A stretch of DNA of 64,000 nucleotides from Candidatus Bathyarchaeota archaeon (GCA_963768425.1 CAVYHV010000022.1:40326-104325), one strand, 5' to 3'. Shown: positions 1 through 10,358, counted from the first letter of the stretch. Notes: generated by a model from the sequence alone, not told the origin. Made by a program: numbers and translations.

Positions 1-1671
1 AGGAAACACGAAGGAAAACGGCAATAATCCCAGAAAACGAGCAAGCAGCTGCTGATCACAACCAAGATCTTTTAAGCTTCCTCGATTTTATTAAAGAAAA
101 AAGAAAAAGTCGTTATCAAAAATTCGTCAGTTTCTGGGACGAAAACAAAAGCAAAAACGCCTTAGAGGAATTAAGGAAAAACGCGAGCGCCGGCTTTACA
201 GCAGCGGAACATAGAACTAAAGAAGAACTGACAAATCCATACGTCAAAATTGGTGTAATTGCGGACATTCATGCAAACCTAAATGCTCTTGAAGCTGTTT
301 TTGAAGATGCCAAACGTCGAGGAATAACCGTTTTCTTAAATGCGGGTGATTTAATAGGGTTCGGGGCTTTTCCTAACGAAGTAGTTGAAGCCCTATACTC
401 GAAGAATGCTTTGAGCGTGATAGGAAATCTGGATCTTGAAATTTTGGACAAGAACAAGAAGGGCAAAGGTATCCAAAAATTCTCTATAGAATTCGCCAGA
501 AAAGAGTTGAAAAAATCTTACGAGACTTATCTTCGCGCCTTGCCTTTCAAACTCGAGCTTGAAGTCGCTCATAAGAAACTTCTTATGATTCATGGACCTC
601 CCAACGCGGTTGACGAACATTTGTTCGATGATACGCCAATCGAAAGATTTCAGGAAATAGCAAAAACCGCGAACGCGGACATATTTATCTTTGGGCATTC
701 GCATGATCAGTTCACAAAAGAAGTTGACGGAGTCTTGTTCATCAACCCGGGCAGCGTGGGAAGACCTGGGGATGGAAACCCTCAAGCCGCCTACGCGGAG
801 ATTACAACTAACCCCTTTTCTGTTGAGTTAATTAGAGTTAATTACGATGTGGAGGCAGCGGCTGATGGTTTGAGAAGAAGGGGCGCTTCTGAAAGTTATG
901 CCCAAATGCTGCTCCGGGGGTTATCATTAGATAACATAATCGCGGAAGACAAAACCAAAGAACACGATATGGAAGAAAAGTGCGTTGAGATAACCAGAAG
1001 TTGCCAAACTATTTCGCAAATCTATTGGCCAGGATTTTAAGCATGCAGAGCAAGTAAGAAAGTTATCCATGGAACTCTTTGACTCCCTGCAAGATCTGCA
1101 TAAACTCGACAGGAGGGAACGGTGCTGGCTAGAATGCGCTTCAATTCTTCACGACATCGGCCTGGCACGGGGACCAAAGGCACACCAAAAGAATACACTA
1201 AAACTTATTCTAAACGAGACAAAGCTGCCTTTTACCTCAGGAGAGAGACAGGCCATAGCGAACGTAGCGCGATATCATCGCAAGAGTTGCCCAAAAAATA
1301 AAGACTATGACTTCAAGTCGCTTAGCACTGAATTGAAACGGAAAGTCAAGATTTTAGCGGGCATTTTGCGTTTGGCTGACGGTTTAGACTTCTCTCATCA
1401 GTCAATAGTTCAAAGAGTAGAAGCCCACTTGGCTTTCGAGTACGTAACTATTGAAGCGATTGCGCTTTTAAGCCCTGTTGCAGAAGAGTTAGCTGTAAAC
1501 AAGAAAAAAGAAATGTTTGAACAGTTCTTCAGAAAGAAAATTTTGCTTGCGTGGAAGCAGGCCAAACCCCTTCAACAACAAACAAGCGAGCAAGCAGGAA
1601 CGATATCACAAGAGCCAATCCCTTCAACCGATGGAAACTTGATTACACAAACCGACGGCAAAATCGATTGA
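1..1671 (+). CDS. 5'-truncated multidomain protein: helical region (possibly the end of a CHAD domain) + calcineurin-like metallophosphoesterase + Ppx/GppA-type HD domain; apparent +1 frameshift near 1032
   Basis: Frame 3 is open from base 3 to 1040 with ADIHAN, AGDLIG, IGN, IHG, GHSH and NPGSVG motifs. Removing one base at 'ccagga' joins it to HAEQVRKLSMELF...ASILHDIG...RYHRK...LRLADGLD (ORF 1069..1671). Confidence 0.8.
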
Positions 1672-1743
1672 AACCAGTCAGCCAAACTAACGCAGTAGCG
1701 TTTTTAGCCTAGAACAAACTACTCAGAAGATGAGGCTACTGAA

Positions 1744-2239
1744 GTGGCTAACTCAAATCAAATTTTTTGGCCAAGCGGTTTTGAACCAGAAAAATGTCCA
1801 ATTCATGTACACAATGAACTTGCAATGGGCGCTCTTGCCGAAACAGTATGGGCGTGGCTGATACGCGCACAGCTTTGGCCAGACTTGGTACCCTAACTCA
1901 GCTAACATCCAATTTCTAAGAGGACAATCTTCCGACCTTGCTTTAGGAACAAGGTTCCGCTGGAAAACCTTCGGCGTAACCGTAGTTTCAACGGTGCTCG
2001 AGTTTGTGCCTTATGAACGCTTAGCGTGGGATGCCTATGGCAATGGACTTAGCGCTTACCATGCATGGTTGATCCAAAAAACGGAGCAAGGCTACAATGT
2101 TGTAACGGAGGAGACACAGCGTGGATGGCTCAACCGACTTGGAAATGCCTTAAGACCCAAAAGAATACAGCAGCAACACCAAATTTGGTTGGAAGGCTTA
2201 CGGGCAAAAGCTAGCAGTGGTTTGCCGCCTGCTCTGTAG
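1744..2239 (+). CDS. SRPBCC/polyketide cyclase-like protein; apparent frameshift near 1881
   Basis: GTG at 1744 reads MANSNQIFWP...VHNEL...ETVWAWLIRAQLWP. A one-base shift continues as TWYPNS...GTRFRWKTFG into ORF 1994..2239. Confidence 0.7.
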
Positions 2240-2459
2240 GTTTCTGCTGACTGCTTTGAGCGGGTTGTTTTTTTCCGCATTCAGGACAAAACTTGGCGCT
2301 TGCAGAGATCTTATTGTTGCATCGAGGACAAATTTTCAGCAAAACTGGCTGATGCAAGAGTGCGCCGCAAAAATTGCAATAGTTAGAATTCGCTGTAACC
2401 TGCGACCCGCAATTTTGGCACCTCACATACTGTTGTCCGTAGGAGGGAACTGGAAACAT
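2211..2459 (-). CDS. double zinc-ribbon protein
   Basis: Four CxxC pairs (CQNC, CNFC, CPRC, CPEC). ATG at 2459; the longer ORF extension runs into the tRNA. Confidence 0.75.
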   Translation of the reverse strand: MFPVPSYGQQYVRCQNCGSQVTANSNYCNFCGALLHQPVLLKICPRCNNKISASAKFCPECGKKQPAQSSQQKPTEQAANHC

Positions 2460-2551
2460 AAGGTAACCTGAAAAAATGATCCAACACCGCAATACTAGAA
2501 CCAGAACTGTCTCTTTTCTCTTTTGCCTCTGAAATCGTCCGAAGAAAATTT

Positions 2552-2657
2552 TGGTGCGGTCACCGGGATTTGAACCCGGGTTGTCAGGTTGGGAACCTTC
2601 CACAGCACGTCAGTAAGGCAATGCTTTGATGTCCTAACCAAGCTAGACTACGACCGC
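2552..2657 (-). tRNA. tRNA-Gly(CCC) with a 29-nt intron at non-canonical position 29/30 (intron 2598..2626); CCA encoded
   Basis: Minus strand reads GCGGTCG-TAGTCTAGCTTGGTTAGGAC-A-TCA[intron]GG-TTCCCAA-CCTGA-CAAC-CCGGGTTCAAATCCCGG-TGACCGC-ACCA. All stems close after intron removal (77 nt). Confidence 0.92.
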
Positions 2658-2881
2658 ATGAGTAATACTGAAATTGATTGGCTAAAATATAAAGAATGGC
2701 TCTCTCTAAGGTACAGTACGCATTACGTTGATAATGTCTTTGCTACTGGCTGAATCCTTTAAACCCCAAGAACTTCTGGCTTGACAAGCCAAAAAACCAG
2801 CCAAAATGCAACTGCAGCTTCAAAGCAAGCATAATCGTTATTTCTGACATAACAGAAAGAATACCCGAGGAGAACAACAGC

Positions 2882-3961
2882 TTGCCTAAAAACTACACTT
2901 ACACCGACGCGGGCGTAAACCGGCAACAACGCGTCGAGTCAAAAAAAGTCCTAAAAGACCTGCAGGAAACCTACAAGCATAGCCACTTCGGAAACGTGAT
3001 GCGCCTGCCATATGGCAACATCTTTCCAGTTGGAGAAAACACCTTTTTAGACCTTGTTATCGAAGGAGTGGGCACCAAAGTTCTTCTGGCACAGATGGCG
3101 GGGAAATATGACACTATAGGCGTTGATGCGGTGGCGATGGCGGTGAACGATGTCATCCGTTCAGGAGCAAGACCACTTGCAATAGCCGACAACATTCACG
3201 CGCAAGCCAGCGAACCACGCCTCGTAAGAGAGTGGCTCAAAGGAATCATTCAAGGCGCTGCAGAAGCAGAATGCCCAGTTACAGGCGGCGAAACAGGTGA
3301 CGTCGCAGAAATAATAAAGGGTCTTGTCGACAACGCCGGCTTTGATATGGTCGTTGCCTCGGTCGGCACGGTTGAAAGGGAAGAAATCATCACTGGTGAA
3401 AACATCAAGCCAGAAGACCCAGTAATCGGCTTACCAAGCAGCGGATTGCATAGCAACGGTTTAACAATGGTTAGAAAAATCCTGTTCAAGCAGTGGGGAG
3501 GAAAATACATGCCGAACGATATTCCGGAAGGTTTGGAGAGGGAAGTCGTGCTTGAAACGTTGGAGCCGACAAAAATCTATGTAAGGCCGCTTCTCAAAGT
3601 AGCGAAAAAGGTCAAAGTCAAAGCGGCAGTCCACATAACCGGCGACGCCTACATGAAATTCAACAACTTGGCAAATTATTCGCCGGGAATAGGCTTCGAA
3701 TTTACCAACTTCAAACCGCAACCTATCTTCGCACTAATCCAAAAAACCGCATCCGAACTAGGCTACTGCATTTCTGATGAGGAAATGTTCAAAACCTTCA
3801 ACATGGGATGGGGCTTCGGAATAATCGTTGATAAATCTGAAGCTGACAAAGCCATGAGCATGCTAGAGCAAGAAGGCGCAAAGCCTGAAATTATAGGCAA
3901 AGTGACAGGGAAACAAAATGTTGAAATAAAGCACAAAAACAAAAAGCTTGTTTTGACGTAA
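2882..3961 (+). CDS. purM: phosphoribosylformylglycinamidine cyclo-ligase (AIR synthase)
   Basis: YTDAGV, EGVGTK, AMAVND, GGETG, SSGLHSNG, HITG and TFNMGWG motifs. Confidence 0.95.
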   Translation: MPKNYTYTDAGVNRQQRVESKKVLKDLQETYKHSHFGNVMRLPYGNIFPVGENTFLDLVIEGVGTKVLLAQMAGKYDTIGVDAVAMAVNDVIRSGARPLAIADNIHAQASEPRLVREWLKGIIQGAAEAECPVTGGETGDVAEIIKGLVDNAGFDMVVASVGTVEREEIITGENIKPEDPVIGLPSSGLHSNGLTMVRKILFKQWGGKYMPNDIPEGLEREVVLETLEPTKIYVRPLLKVAKKVKVKAAVHITGDAYMKFNNLANYSPGIGFEFTNFKPQPIFALIQKTASELGYCISDEEMFKTFNMGWGFGIIVDKSEADKAMSMLEQEGAKPEIIGKVTGKQNVEIKHKNKKLVLT

Positions 3962-4020
3962 AGTTTTGCGTTTTTTATGTCGAAAGCGTTTAAATCTTGA
4001 AGCATAATTTAAAGAATTTT

Positions 4021-4269
4021 ATGAAATACCGAGCGAAAATCGAAGTAAGCCTCAAACCAGGCCACAGCAACCCTGAAGGAGAAACAACAGCCCGTCTGCT
4101 GAAGGAACTCGGCTACAAAGTAGAAGCTGTGGAAGTAAGCAAACTCTACATAGTCTCGCTTGAAGCTCAAACGGCTAAAGAGGCAAATGCCAAGGCGGAA
4201 GAAATGAGCAAACGGCTCCTCGCAAACCCAACCAAAGACAACTACACCATCATCCTTGAGGAGCAATAA
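4021..4269 (+). CDS. purS: FGAM synthase subunit PurS
   Basis: 82 aa with LKPGHSNPEG and LLANP; abuts purL. Confidence 0.92.
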   Translation: MKYRAKIEVSLKPGHSNPEGETTARLLKELGYKVEAVEVSKLYIVSLEAQTAKEANAKAEEMSKRLLANPTKDNYTIILEEQ

Positions 4270-6653
4270 TGAACTCTAACATTTTCCACCCATGCAAAAC
4301 AAATTATGCTCTCTACGAAGCAGTCTTAAAAGAAGCTAGCGATCAGCAACTCGCCGAACTCAATAATGAATTGGCCTTGGGATTGAGCCTTGAAGAAATG
4401 AAAAGTATCCAAGACTACTTCAAAGCAGAAGGCAGAAACCCAACTGACGTGGAGCTTCAAACCATCAGCCAAACATGGTCCGAACACTGCTACCACAAGA
4501 CCTTCAAAGGAAAAATCCTTCTCGACGGCAAAGAAATCGACAGCCTCTTCAAAACCTACATTGCAAAAGCGACCAAACAAATCAAAGCACCTTGGTGCTT
4601 TAGCGTCTTCGAAGACAATGCAGGCATCGTCCGCTTCGACCTTGGCTACGGCATAGCCGCAAAAGTCGAAACCCATAACCACCCCTCTGCCGTAGAACCC
4701 TTCGGCGGAGCAGCCACTGGAGTCGGCGGCGTAATCAGGGACATATTAGGCGTGTGGGCTGATCCGATCGCATGCACAGACGTTTTAGGCTTTGGACCGC
4801 TCGATTACGATTACAACAAACTTCCGGCAGGCGTGAAACATCCCAAGTACGTTTACATGGGCGTCACCGCGGGCATAAGCGCCTACGGAAACAACATGGG
4901 GATTCCAACAGTCAACGGAGCAATTTACTTTGATGAAAGCTACACAGGCAACGTCACCGTATACTGTGGATGTATAGGACTTCTTCCCCTTGCAAAATTT
5001 ACAAAAAATGCCAAGCCAGGGCACATTTTGGTTTTGGCAGGTGGAAAAACTGGACGTGACGGTATTCACGGCGTAACATTTGCCTCAGCGGAATTGACTG
5101 AGAAATCTGAGGAAATTTCTCGACCGGCTGTCCAAATTGCCGATCCAATTGAAGAAGAGAAAGTGAAAAGGGCGATAATTGATATTCGCGATCTTCAACT
5201 TGCTTCCGCGACAACTGACCTTGGCGGAGGGGGATTATCATCGGCGGTAGGGGAAACAGCGGAGCGGTTCAACTGCGGAGTAACCATCGACCTCGCCAAG
5301 GTGCCGCTGAAGCATATTGGTTTGGCTCCGTGGGAGGTTTACATTTCAGAATCCCAAGAAAGAATGCTCATAACGGTTCCTCCTGAAAACCTGGAAAGGG
5401 TTATGGAGGTTTTTGAAAAAGAAGACGTGGAAGCAACGGCAATTGGCAAACTCACAACTGAACGTCGTCTGAAACTCAATTTTAACGGCGAAAAAGTTGG
5501 TGACATGGATATGGCATTCCTGTTTAATCCATGCAGCAGCATGAAAACAGCCAGCATCGAAACTCAAACATTCGTCGAACCCCAATTTCCTGCTCCCGAG
5601 AGCTTCACCGATACTCTGCTTCAGTTGCTTGCCGCGCCTAACATCGCCAGCAAAGAAAGCGTCATACGCACATATGACCATGAAGTTAAAGGTAACACGA
5701 CACTAAAACCTCTTCAAGGAGTGTACGCTGGACCAAACGATGCCGCCGTACTCAAACCGCTTGACAATTCATGGAGAGGTCTCGCGATTTCCTGCGGCAT
5801 GAACCCGAATTACGGCAAAATTGACCCATACTGGATGGCGGCTTCCGCGATTGACGAGGCGGTTAGAAACAACGTTGCTGTTGGGGGAAGAAGGATCGCT
5901 TTGCTTGATAATTTCACTTGGGGTAACCCTGAGAAGCCAGAGCGTTTAGGCTCATTGGTTCGGGCTTGTGAGGCATGCTATGATTTCGCCGTCGAGTTTA
6001 AGACGCCATTTATCTCGGGAAAAGACAGCTTATACAATGAATCCCCGATGGGTCCCATAACGCCCACACTGCTAATTACAGCTGTAGGCATAGTTCCCAA
6101 CCTTCAATTCGTCACTTCTATGGATCTGAAGTCGCCAGGTAACTTGCTTTACATTGTAGGCGAAACCTTCAACGAACTCGGAGGCTCAGAATACTACAAG
6201 CTCAAGGGCTACTTGGGATCAAGCGTTCCAAAAGTTAAAGGCGCCAAAGCCAAACGCACATTCAGAGCAGTAACCAAAGCCATAGATTCAGGCTTAGTCA
6301 GGTCATGCCATGACCTCTCCGAAGGTGGGTTGGCGGTCGCGGCTGCGGAGATGGCGTTTGCGGGCGGCTATGGTTTGAACTTGGATTTATGCAAGGTGCC
6401 TGGCAAAGGTCTGGAGCGCAACGATTTCGTGTTGTTTTCTGAGTCGAATAGCCGATTCCTGCTGGAAGTGTCAGAGCGGGACAAAGAAGACTTTGAGGCA
6501 AAAATGAAAGATAAGCCCTTCGCTCAAATCGGCACGGTCACTAGGGAAGAGCGGCTTGTCATTAACGGGTTGGGCAAGAAAATGGTTGTCGACGCTTCAA
6601 TTGCAGAGTTGCGGAAAAGCTGGAAGAAAACGTTCGGGGTAGAAACAAAATGA
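4269..6653 (+). CDS. purL: FGAM synthase subunit PurL
   Basis: WSEHCYHK, KVETHNHPS, GGAATGVGG, DLGGGGL, SESQERM, SGKDSLYN and HDLSEGG motifs. Confidence 0.97.
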   Translation: MNSNIFHPCKTNYALYEAVLKEASDQQLAELNNELALGLSLEEMKSIQDYFKAEGRNPTDVELQTISQTWSEHCYHKTFKGKILLDGKEIDSLFKTYIAKATKQIKAPWCFSVFEDNAGIVRFDLGYGIAAKVETHNHPSAVEPFGGAATGVGGVIRDILGVWADPIACTDVLGFGPLDYDYNKLPAGVKHPKYVYMGVTAGISAYGNNMGIPTVNGAIYFDESYTGNVTVYCGCIGLLPLAKFTKNAKPGHILVLAGGKTGRDGIHGVTFASAELTEKSEEISRPAVQIADPIEEEKVKRAIIDIRDLQLASATTDLGGGGLSSAVGETAERFNCGVTIDLAKVPLKHIGLAPWEVYISESQERMLITVPPENLERVMEVFEKEDVEATAIGKLTTERRLKLNFNGEKVGDMDMAFLFNPCSSMKTASIETQTFVEPQFPAPESFTDTLLQLLAAPNIASKESVIRTYDHEVKGNTTLKPLQGVYAGPNDAAVLKPLDNSWRGLAISCGMNPNYGKIDPYWMAASAIDEAVRNNVAVGGRRIALLDNFTWGNPEKPERLGSLVRACEACYDFAVEFKTPFISGKDSLYNESPMGPITPTLLITAVGIVPNLQFVTSMDLKSPGNLLYIVGETFNELGGSEYYKLKGYLGSSVPKVKGAKAKRTFRAVTKAIDSGLVRSCHDLSEGGLAVAAAEMAFAGGYGLNLDLCKVPGKGLERNDFVLFSESNSRFLLEVSERDKEDFEAKMKDKPFAQIGTVTREERLVINGLGKKMVVDASIAELRKSWKKTFGVETK

Positions 6654-7472
6654 AGCAGGAAGAAATCAAAGCCTGTGTCATGCGCGTCGGCGGAACCAAT
6701 TGTGACGCTGAAACACAGCGAGCTTTCCAAGAGTTAGGCATTCAGGTTGATGTCCTGACACGTAAACGAACTGGTGAAACTGCATAACCTACTTGATTAT
6801 CAAGTGCTGATTTTCCCAGGCGGCTTCTCTTTTGGAGATTACGTGCGTTCAGGTGTAATTTTTGCAAGGCATCTTAGCGCGAAGTTAGGCAAAGAAATGG
6901 AAACGTTCATCGACGAAGGCAGACCAATTCTGGGTATATGCAACGGCTTCCAAATAATGGTTGAATACGGTTTGCTACCGGGATTCAAAGGTGTAAGTTC
7001 ATATCCAGAAGCCACATTGACGACAAATGAGCCTGCAGGCTTCAAGTGCCAGTGGATTTACCTTAAACATGAAAACCGCGGAAAATGCGCCTTCACAAAT
7101 AAAATCGCTCCTAACAAAGTGCTTCGAATGCCTATTGCCCATGGGGAAGGCCGGTTGCTTTTCCCGAAAGAAAAAGAGGAAGCGTTGCTGGCAGAACTCG
7201 TCGAAAACGACATGGTTGTTTTCCGTTATTGCGACAATGACGGCAACGTCGCCGACGGAAAATACCCAGTTAACCCAAACGGGTCATTCTACGACATCGC
7301 TGGCATATGCAACAGAGAAGGTAACATATTCGGACTGATGCCTCACCCAGAAAGAGCCATGTTCTGGTGGCAGCAACCCGATTGGACGCAACAACAACAG
7401 ATGCCTCACTACGGGGATGGAAAACTAATCTTCCAAAGCATAATCGATAGACTAACCAAAAAATGCCCTTAG
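6650..7472 (+). CDS. purQ: FGAM synthase glutaminase subunit PurQ; apparent +1 frameshift near 6758
   Basis: ATG overlaps the purL stop and reads MKQEEIKACVMRVGGTNCDAET. The downstream frame has PGGFSFGD, GICNGFQ, AHGEG and MPHPER. Confidence 0.93.
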
Positions 7473-8369
7473 ATCTTCTGAAGAAGGCAAACCCGCGCGA
7501 GCACCCATCTGCGCGACGCATCTTGAAGCAACAAAATTGCCGAAGCGCCCGCATTCGAACAGGCTTTTCTCTTTGATTAATCCGTAAAGAAATCCAGCGC
7601 AGAAAGCATCCCCTGCACCAGTTGTGTCGACTACTTTAACTTTGAAAGGCTCAATTCTCAGCCTTTCCTCCCCATCCGTGACGTAGCAGCCCTTTTCCCC
7701 GAGCTTGACCGCGACAATTTTGACTCCTGCATCAAGCATCAAATCTGATGCTCTGCGGATATCAGGTTCTCCGGTTAAAAGTTCAAGTTCGCCAATATTT
7801 GGCATCAAAATGTAGGAGCTTCGAATTATCGGCTCTATAGCCGCAAAACCTTTCTGTGCATACAATGAACCAGGGTCAAAGCTGATTTTGACATTTGTAC
7901 TTAATGCGCCTAAGAGCTTTTTTTGCGCCCGAAAAGATTTCTCACCAACAAAGGATGAGTAATGCAGAAACTTCGTTTCAGAGGGGTATGTGTAATTGAT
8001 TTCCCGAGGCTCAATCGTGTCGTTGACGCCCGGATTGACGTATAGTGCTCTTGCGCCTTTCTTGTCTACGAATCCTAAGACTGAACCGCTTTTTCCATGC
8101 TTAGCCTGAATTATACCTGCCGTGTCGACTCCTTCAGTTTTGAAACAGTCAATTTGCAGTTTGCCTTCCCTGTCATCCGCCACTTTTCCGATGAAGCCAA
8201 CTTTGCAGCCTAGTCTTGCTAACCCAACTGCAGTGTTGGCCGCTGAGCCGCCGCAGGATTCCTTGTAATCTTCAACGAAGCTTTCTTCCTCCGCGCCAGC
8301 CAATCGTTCAACTTTCAGAAGGGTATCAACGTTAAGCGCGCCGAAACCTACAAAATCAAATTTTGTCAC
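7452..8369 (-). CDS. PfkB/ribokinase-family kinase (EhaT-like)
   Basis: GGSAANTA, SFDPG, VKLGEKG and DTTGAGDAF signatures. The start overlaps the ftr-like stop (GTGA). Confidence 0.9.
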   Translation of the reverse strand: MTKFDFVGFGALNVDTLLKVERLAGAEEESFVEDYKESCGGSAANTAVGLARLGCKVGFIGKVADDREGKLQIDCFKTEGVDTAGIIQAKHGKSGSVLGFVDKKGARALYVNPGVNDTIEPREINYTYPSETKFLHYSSFVGEKSFRAQKKLLGALSTNVKISFDPGSLYAQKGFAAIEPIIRSSYILMPNIGELELLTGEPDIRRASDLMLDAGVKIVAVKLGEKGCYVTDGEERLRIEPFKVKVVDTTGAGDAFCAGFLYGLIKEKSLFECGRFGNFVASRCVAQMGARAGLPSSEDLRAFFG

Positions 8370-9274
8370 GAAAATAACTCCTTCAAGTTAATTTTGTGAT
8401 CGCCCAATTTGCCGCCGTAGTTTCCCGCGGAAACCTTCATCATCCCATCAACATCAAGCACAGCTTCGATTCCTACCTTGGTTGCCCGCTTTACCGCGTC
8501 TAAAGAGACCCCGTTAAAGACTATTTCGGCTATGTAGCCCACGCCGTCGGGCACAAGGGATTCTTTGCCCAACTTCTTCTTAAGGGATGGACAGTAAAGG
8601 TGATTTGTAGTGGGTCCAATCTTGGGAAAATGGGTTTCTGGTTTAGAACCCGCTGAGCAAACATCGAAGGGTGTGACAACGCCAGACAATTCGTGTATTG
8701 CAACTAAGGCTTTCTCACCCGCAGACTTTAGAGCTTGTTTGGTTTTACAAAGAACCCAAAAATTGCCGCCCATAACCCCGCGAGCGTAGCCAAGGTAACG
8801 TTCAATCACGAAGTCTGGAACCATCAATGGAACCACGATTACTTCTCTACCGAACCGTTTTTCAACCCACTCATAACCATCGCCGCAGTGTCCAACAGTC
8901 TCCATCAGGTCCAGTTTGCCCTCAGGGTTTGGCAGGGCATCATAGACGGCAGTGAAGGGCTTAACTAAGATGTCTTGGCGGATGCGGTAAGAAAGTTCAG
9001 TCTCGAATTTCTTTACGGATTGTTCAAAGGTTTTTTTAGGGTTGATTTCTCCCCAGAACTGCAGCAGCACACCCAAGCGTTGGTCTGGGGTTTCCTTTTG
9101 ACTGAGATATCTTTCAACTCCGCCCTCTGTTCTGCCGATTACAACAGAAGGGGTTGCCGTCGAATCCTCAGCCGCCTTACGCAGGGTTTCCTCGTCGTCG
9201 GCGGTAACAATTACACGACAAAAAAGTCCAGTAAAAGCCTCAGCGTACGTGTCATCTATCTCCAGTTTCGCCAT
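8366..9274 (-). CDS. ftr: formylmethanofuran--tetrahydromethanopterin formyltransferase family protein (possibly an Ftr paralogue, EhaS-like)
   Basis: IDDTYAEAF, TEGGVE, TPDQRLG, RIRQDIL, GHCGDGYE, GVMGGNF, SAGSK, EIVFNG and SAGNYGGKLG motifs. Confidence 0.9.
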   Translation of the reverse strand: MAKLEIDDTYAEAFTGLFCRVIVTADDEETLRKAAEDSTATPSVVIGRTEGGVERYLSQKETPDQRLGVLLQFWGEINPKKTFEQSVKKFETELSYRIRQDILVKPFTAVYDALPNPEGKLDLMETVGHCGDGYEWVEKRFGREVIVVPLMVPDFVIERYLGYARGVMGGNFWVLCKTKQALKSAGEKALVAIHELSGVVTPFDVCSAGSKPETHFPKIGPTTNHLYCPSLKKKLGKESLVPDGVGYIAEIVFNGVSLDAVKRATKVGIEAVLDVDGMMKVSAGNYGGKLGDHKINLKELFS

Positions 9275-9275
9275 A

Positions 9276-10358
9276 TCACCCGAGTTTCCCAACTGCTACT
9301 CCTCGCACTTTCTTTCTAAACTCGCTACTTTCTTTTATTAGTATTTCCATGTTTTGGTCTGTCACTATTTTCGCTTTGGGCAACGCATCAGGATACAACT
9401 GCGAAAGCTGTTTGAGCAAAGAAGAGTCAACTTCGCTGTTGTTGAGGATTTCGTAACTCCAACCTTGAAGAGTATTGAGAGCTTTTTCTTTCCCGAATCT
9501 GCAGAACAAATCTGCAATAACAGCTGTGACAAGGCTACTTTCTGACAAAACCGCGACTTCGGCGTTTCTAACAGCATACCCGTTGCCGTTGAAGGAAACT
9601 GTTAATCCGCCGCTCTCGCGCACCAGCCTGAAGGCTTCCACGTCGGTGATGCTGTCACCAACGTACAAAACTTCTGATAGTTCTGAGCCCAAACGTTTCA
9701 CTGTATCTCGAATTGCCTCAGCCTTTTGTTCCCCACCGACGGTTACGATGTCTGTGAGGAATTTGCCGACGAACATCTTTGGGATTAAACTCCAGAAGAT
9801 CTCATCCAAGCGTTTGATAGCTTCTTGATCAACAAATGAGAAATCTTCGATGGTTCTTGCAGATGCAGAAATATCTATTAAGGGCATTTTTGCGATTTCT
9901 TGGGCTACCTGTTTTAGGCGGTCTTTTTCGTGGGGGGTGATTCCGCATTTGTCGAGTTTAAGTTTGGTGCAGTAGGTATTTTTGTATGGGAAATCTGTGG
10001 CTTTGCAGAGTGCTTTGATGTAGTGTTCGTAGCTGGTGCTGACGATGAATGCGTCGGCGATGTCTTGCACATGGTTTATTGTGGTTTGGCTGTTGGCGAT
10101 TAGGAGAATGTTGTCGGCGGAGAACTCGTCCATCTGCTTGTCTGAGAGGCTGTACGCTTTGAAAAAAGGCAAAATAAGCTTCAGAGTGCTTCCAGCGGAG
10201 TAGCACGGTTTGTGCAGAACATCAGCAAGCACGTCGTCGTACTTGCTTATGTTTGTGAATAGCTTGTCGCCGTTGGGAATAAAATTCGCGGCTAACTCGA
10301 AGGCATTATCGTTTTTGCTTATTGGTCCCTCGCAGTCGGAAATGAACACACGTTTCAC
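9276..10358 (-). CDS. HAD-superfamily phosphohydrolase (COG4030/EhaR-like)
   Basis: Motif I variant FISDCEGP, IVSTSYEHY, K in GEQKAEA, motif IV YVGDSITD and SFNGN. The start overlaps the purD stop. Confidence 0.82.
   Translation of the reverse strand: MKRVFISDCEGPISKNDNAFELAANFIPNGDKLFTNISKYDDVLADVLHKPCYSAGSTLKLILPFFKAYSLSDKQMDEFSADNILLIANSQTTINHVQDIADAFIVSTSYEHYIKALCKATDFPYKNTYCTKLKLDKCGITPHEKDRLKQVAQEIAKMPLIDISASARTIEDFSFVDQEAIKRLDEIFWSLIPKMFVGKFLTDIVTVGGEQKAEAIRDTVKRLGSELSEVLYVGDSITDVEAFRLVRESGGLTVSFNGNGYAVRNAEVAVLSESSLVTAVIADLFCRFGKEKALNTLQGWSYEILNNSEVDSSLLKQLSQLYPDALPKAKIVTDQNMEILIKESSEFRKKVRGVAVGKLG

Noticed and set aside
6740-6780. Programmed frameshifting in purQ (and likewise cdhA and iscS)
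   Set aside because: No shared slippery motif is visible, and similar breaks are scattered through unrelated genes.
7452-10358. Reading the EhaR/S/T-like genes as evidence of an Eha hydrogenase or methanogenesis
   Set aside because: No hydrogenase, mcr or mtr genes are in the window, and the context is purine synthesis.
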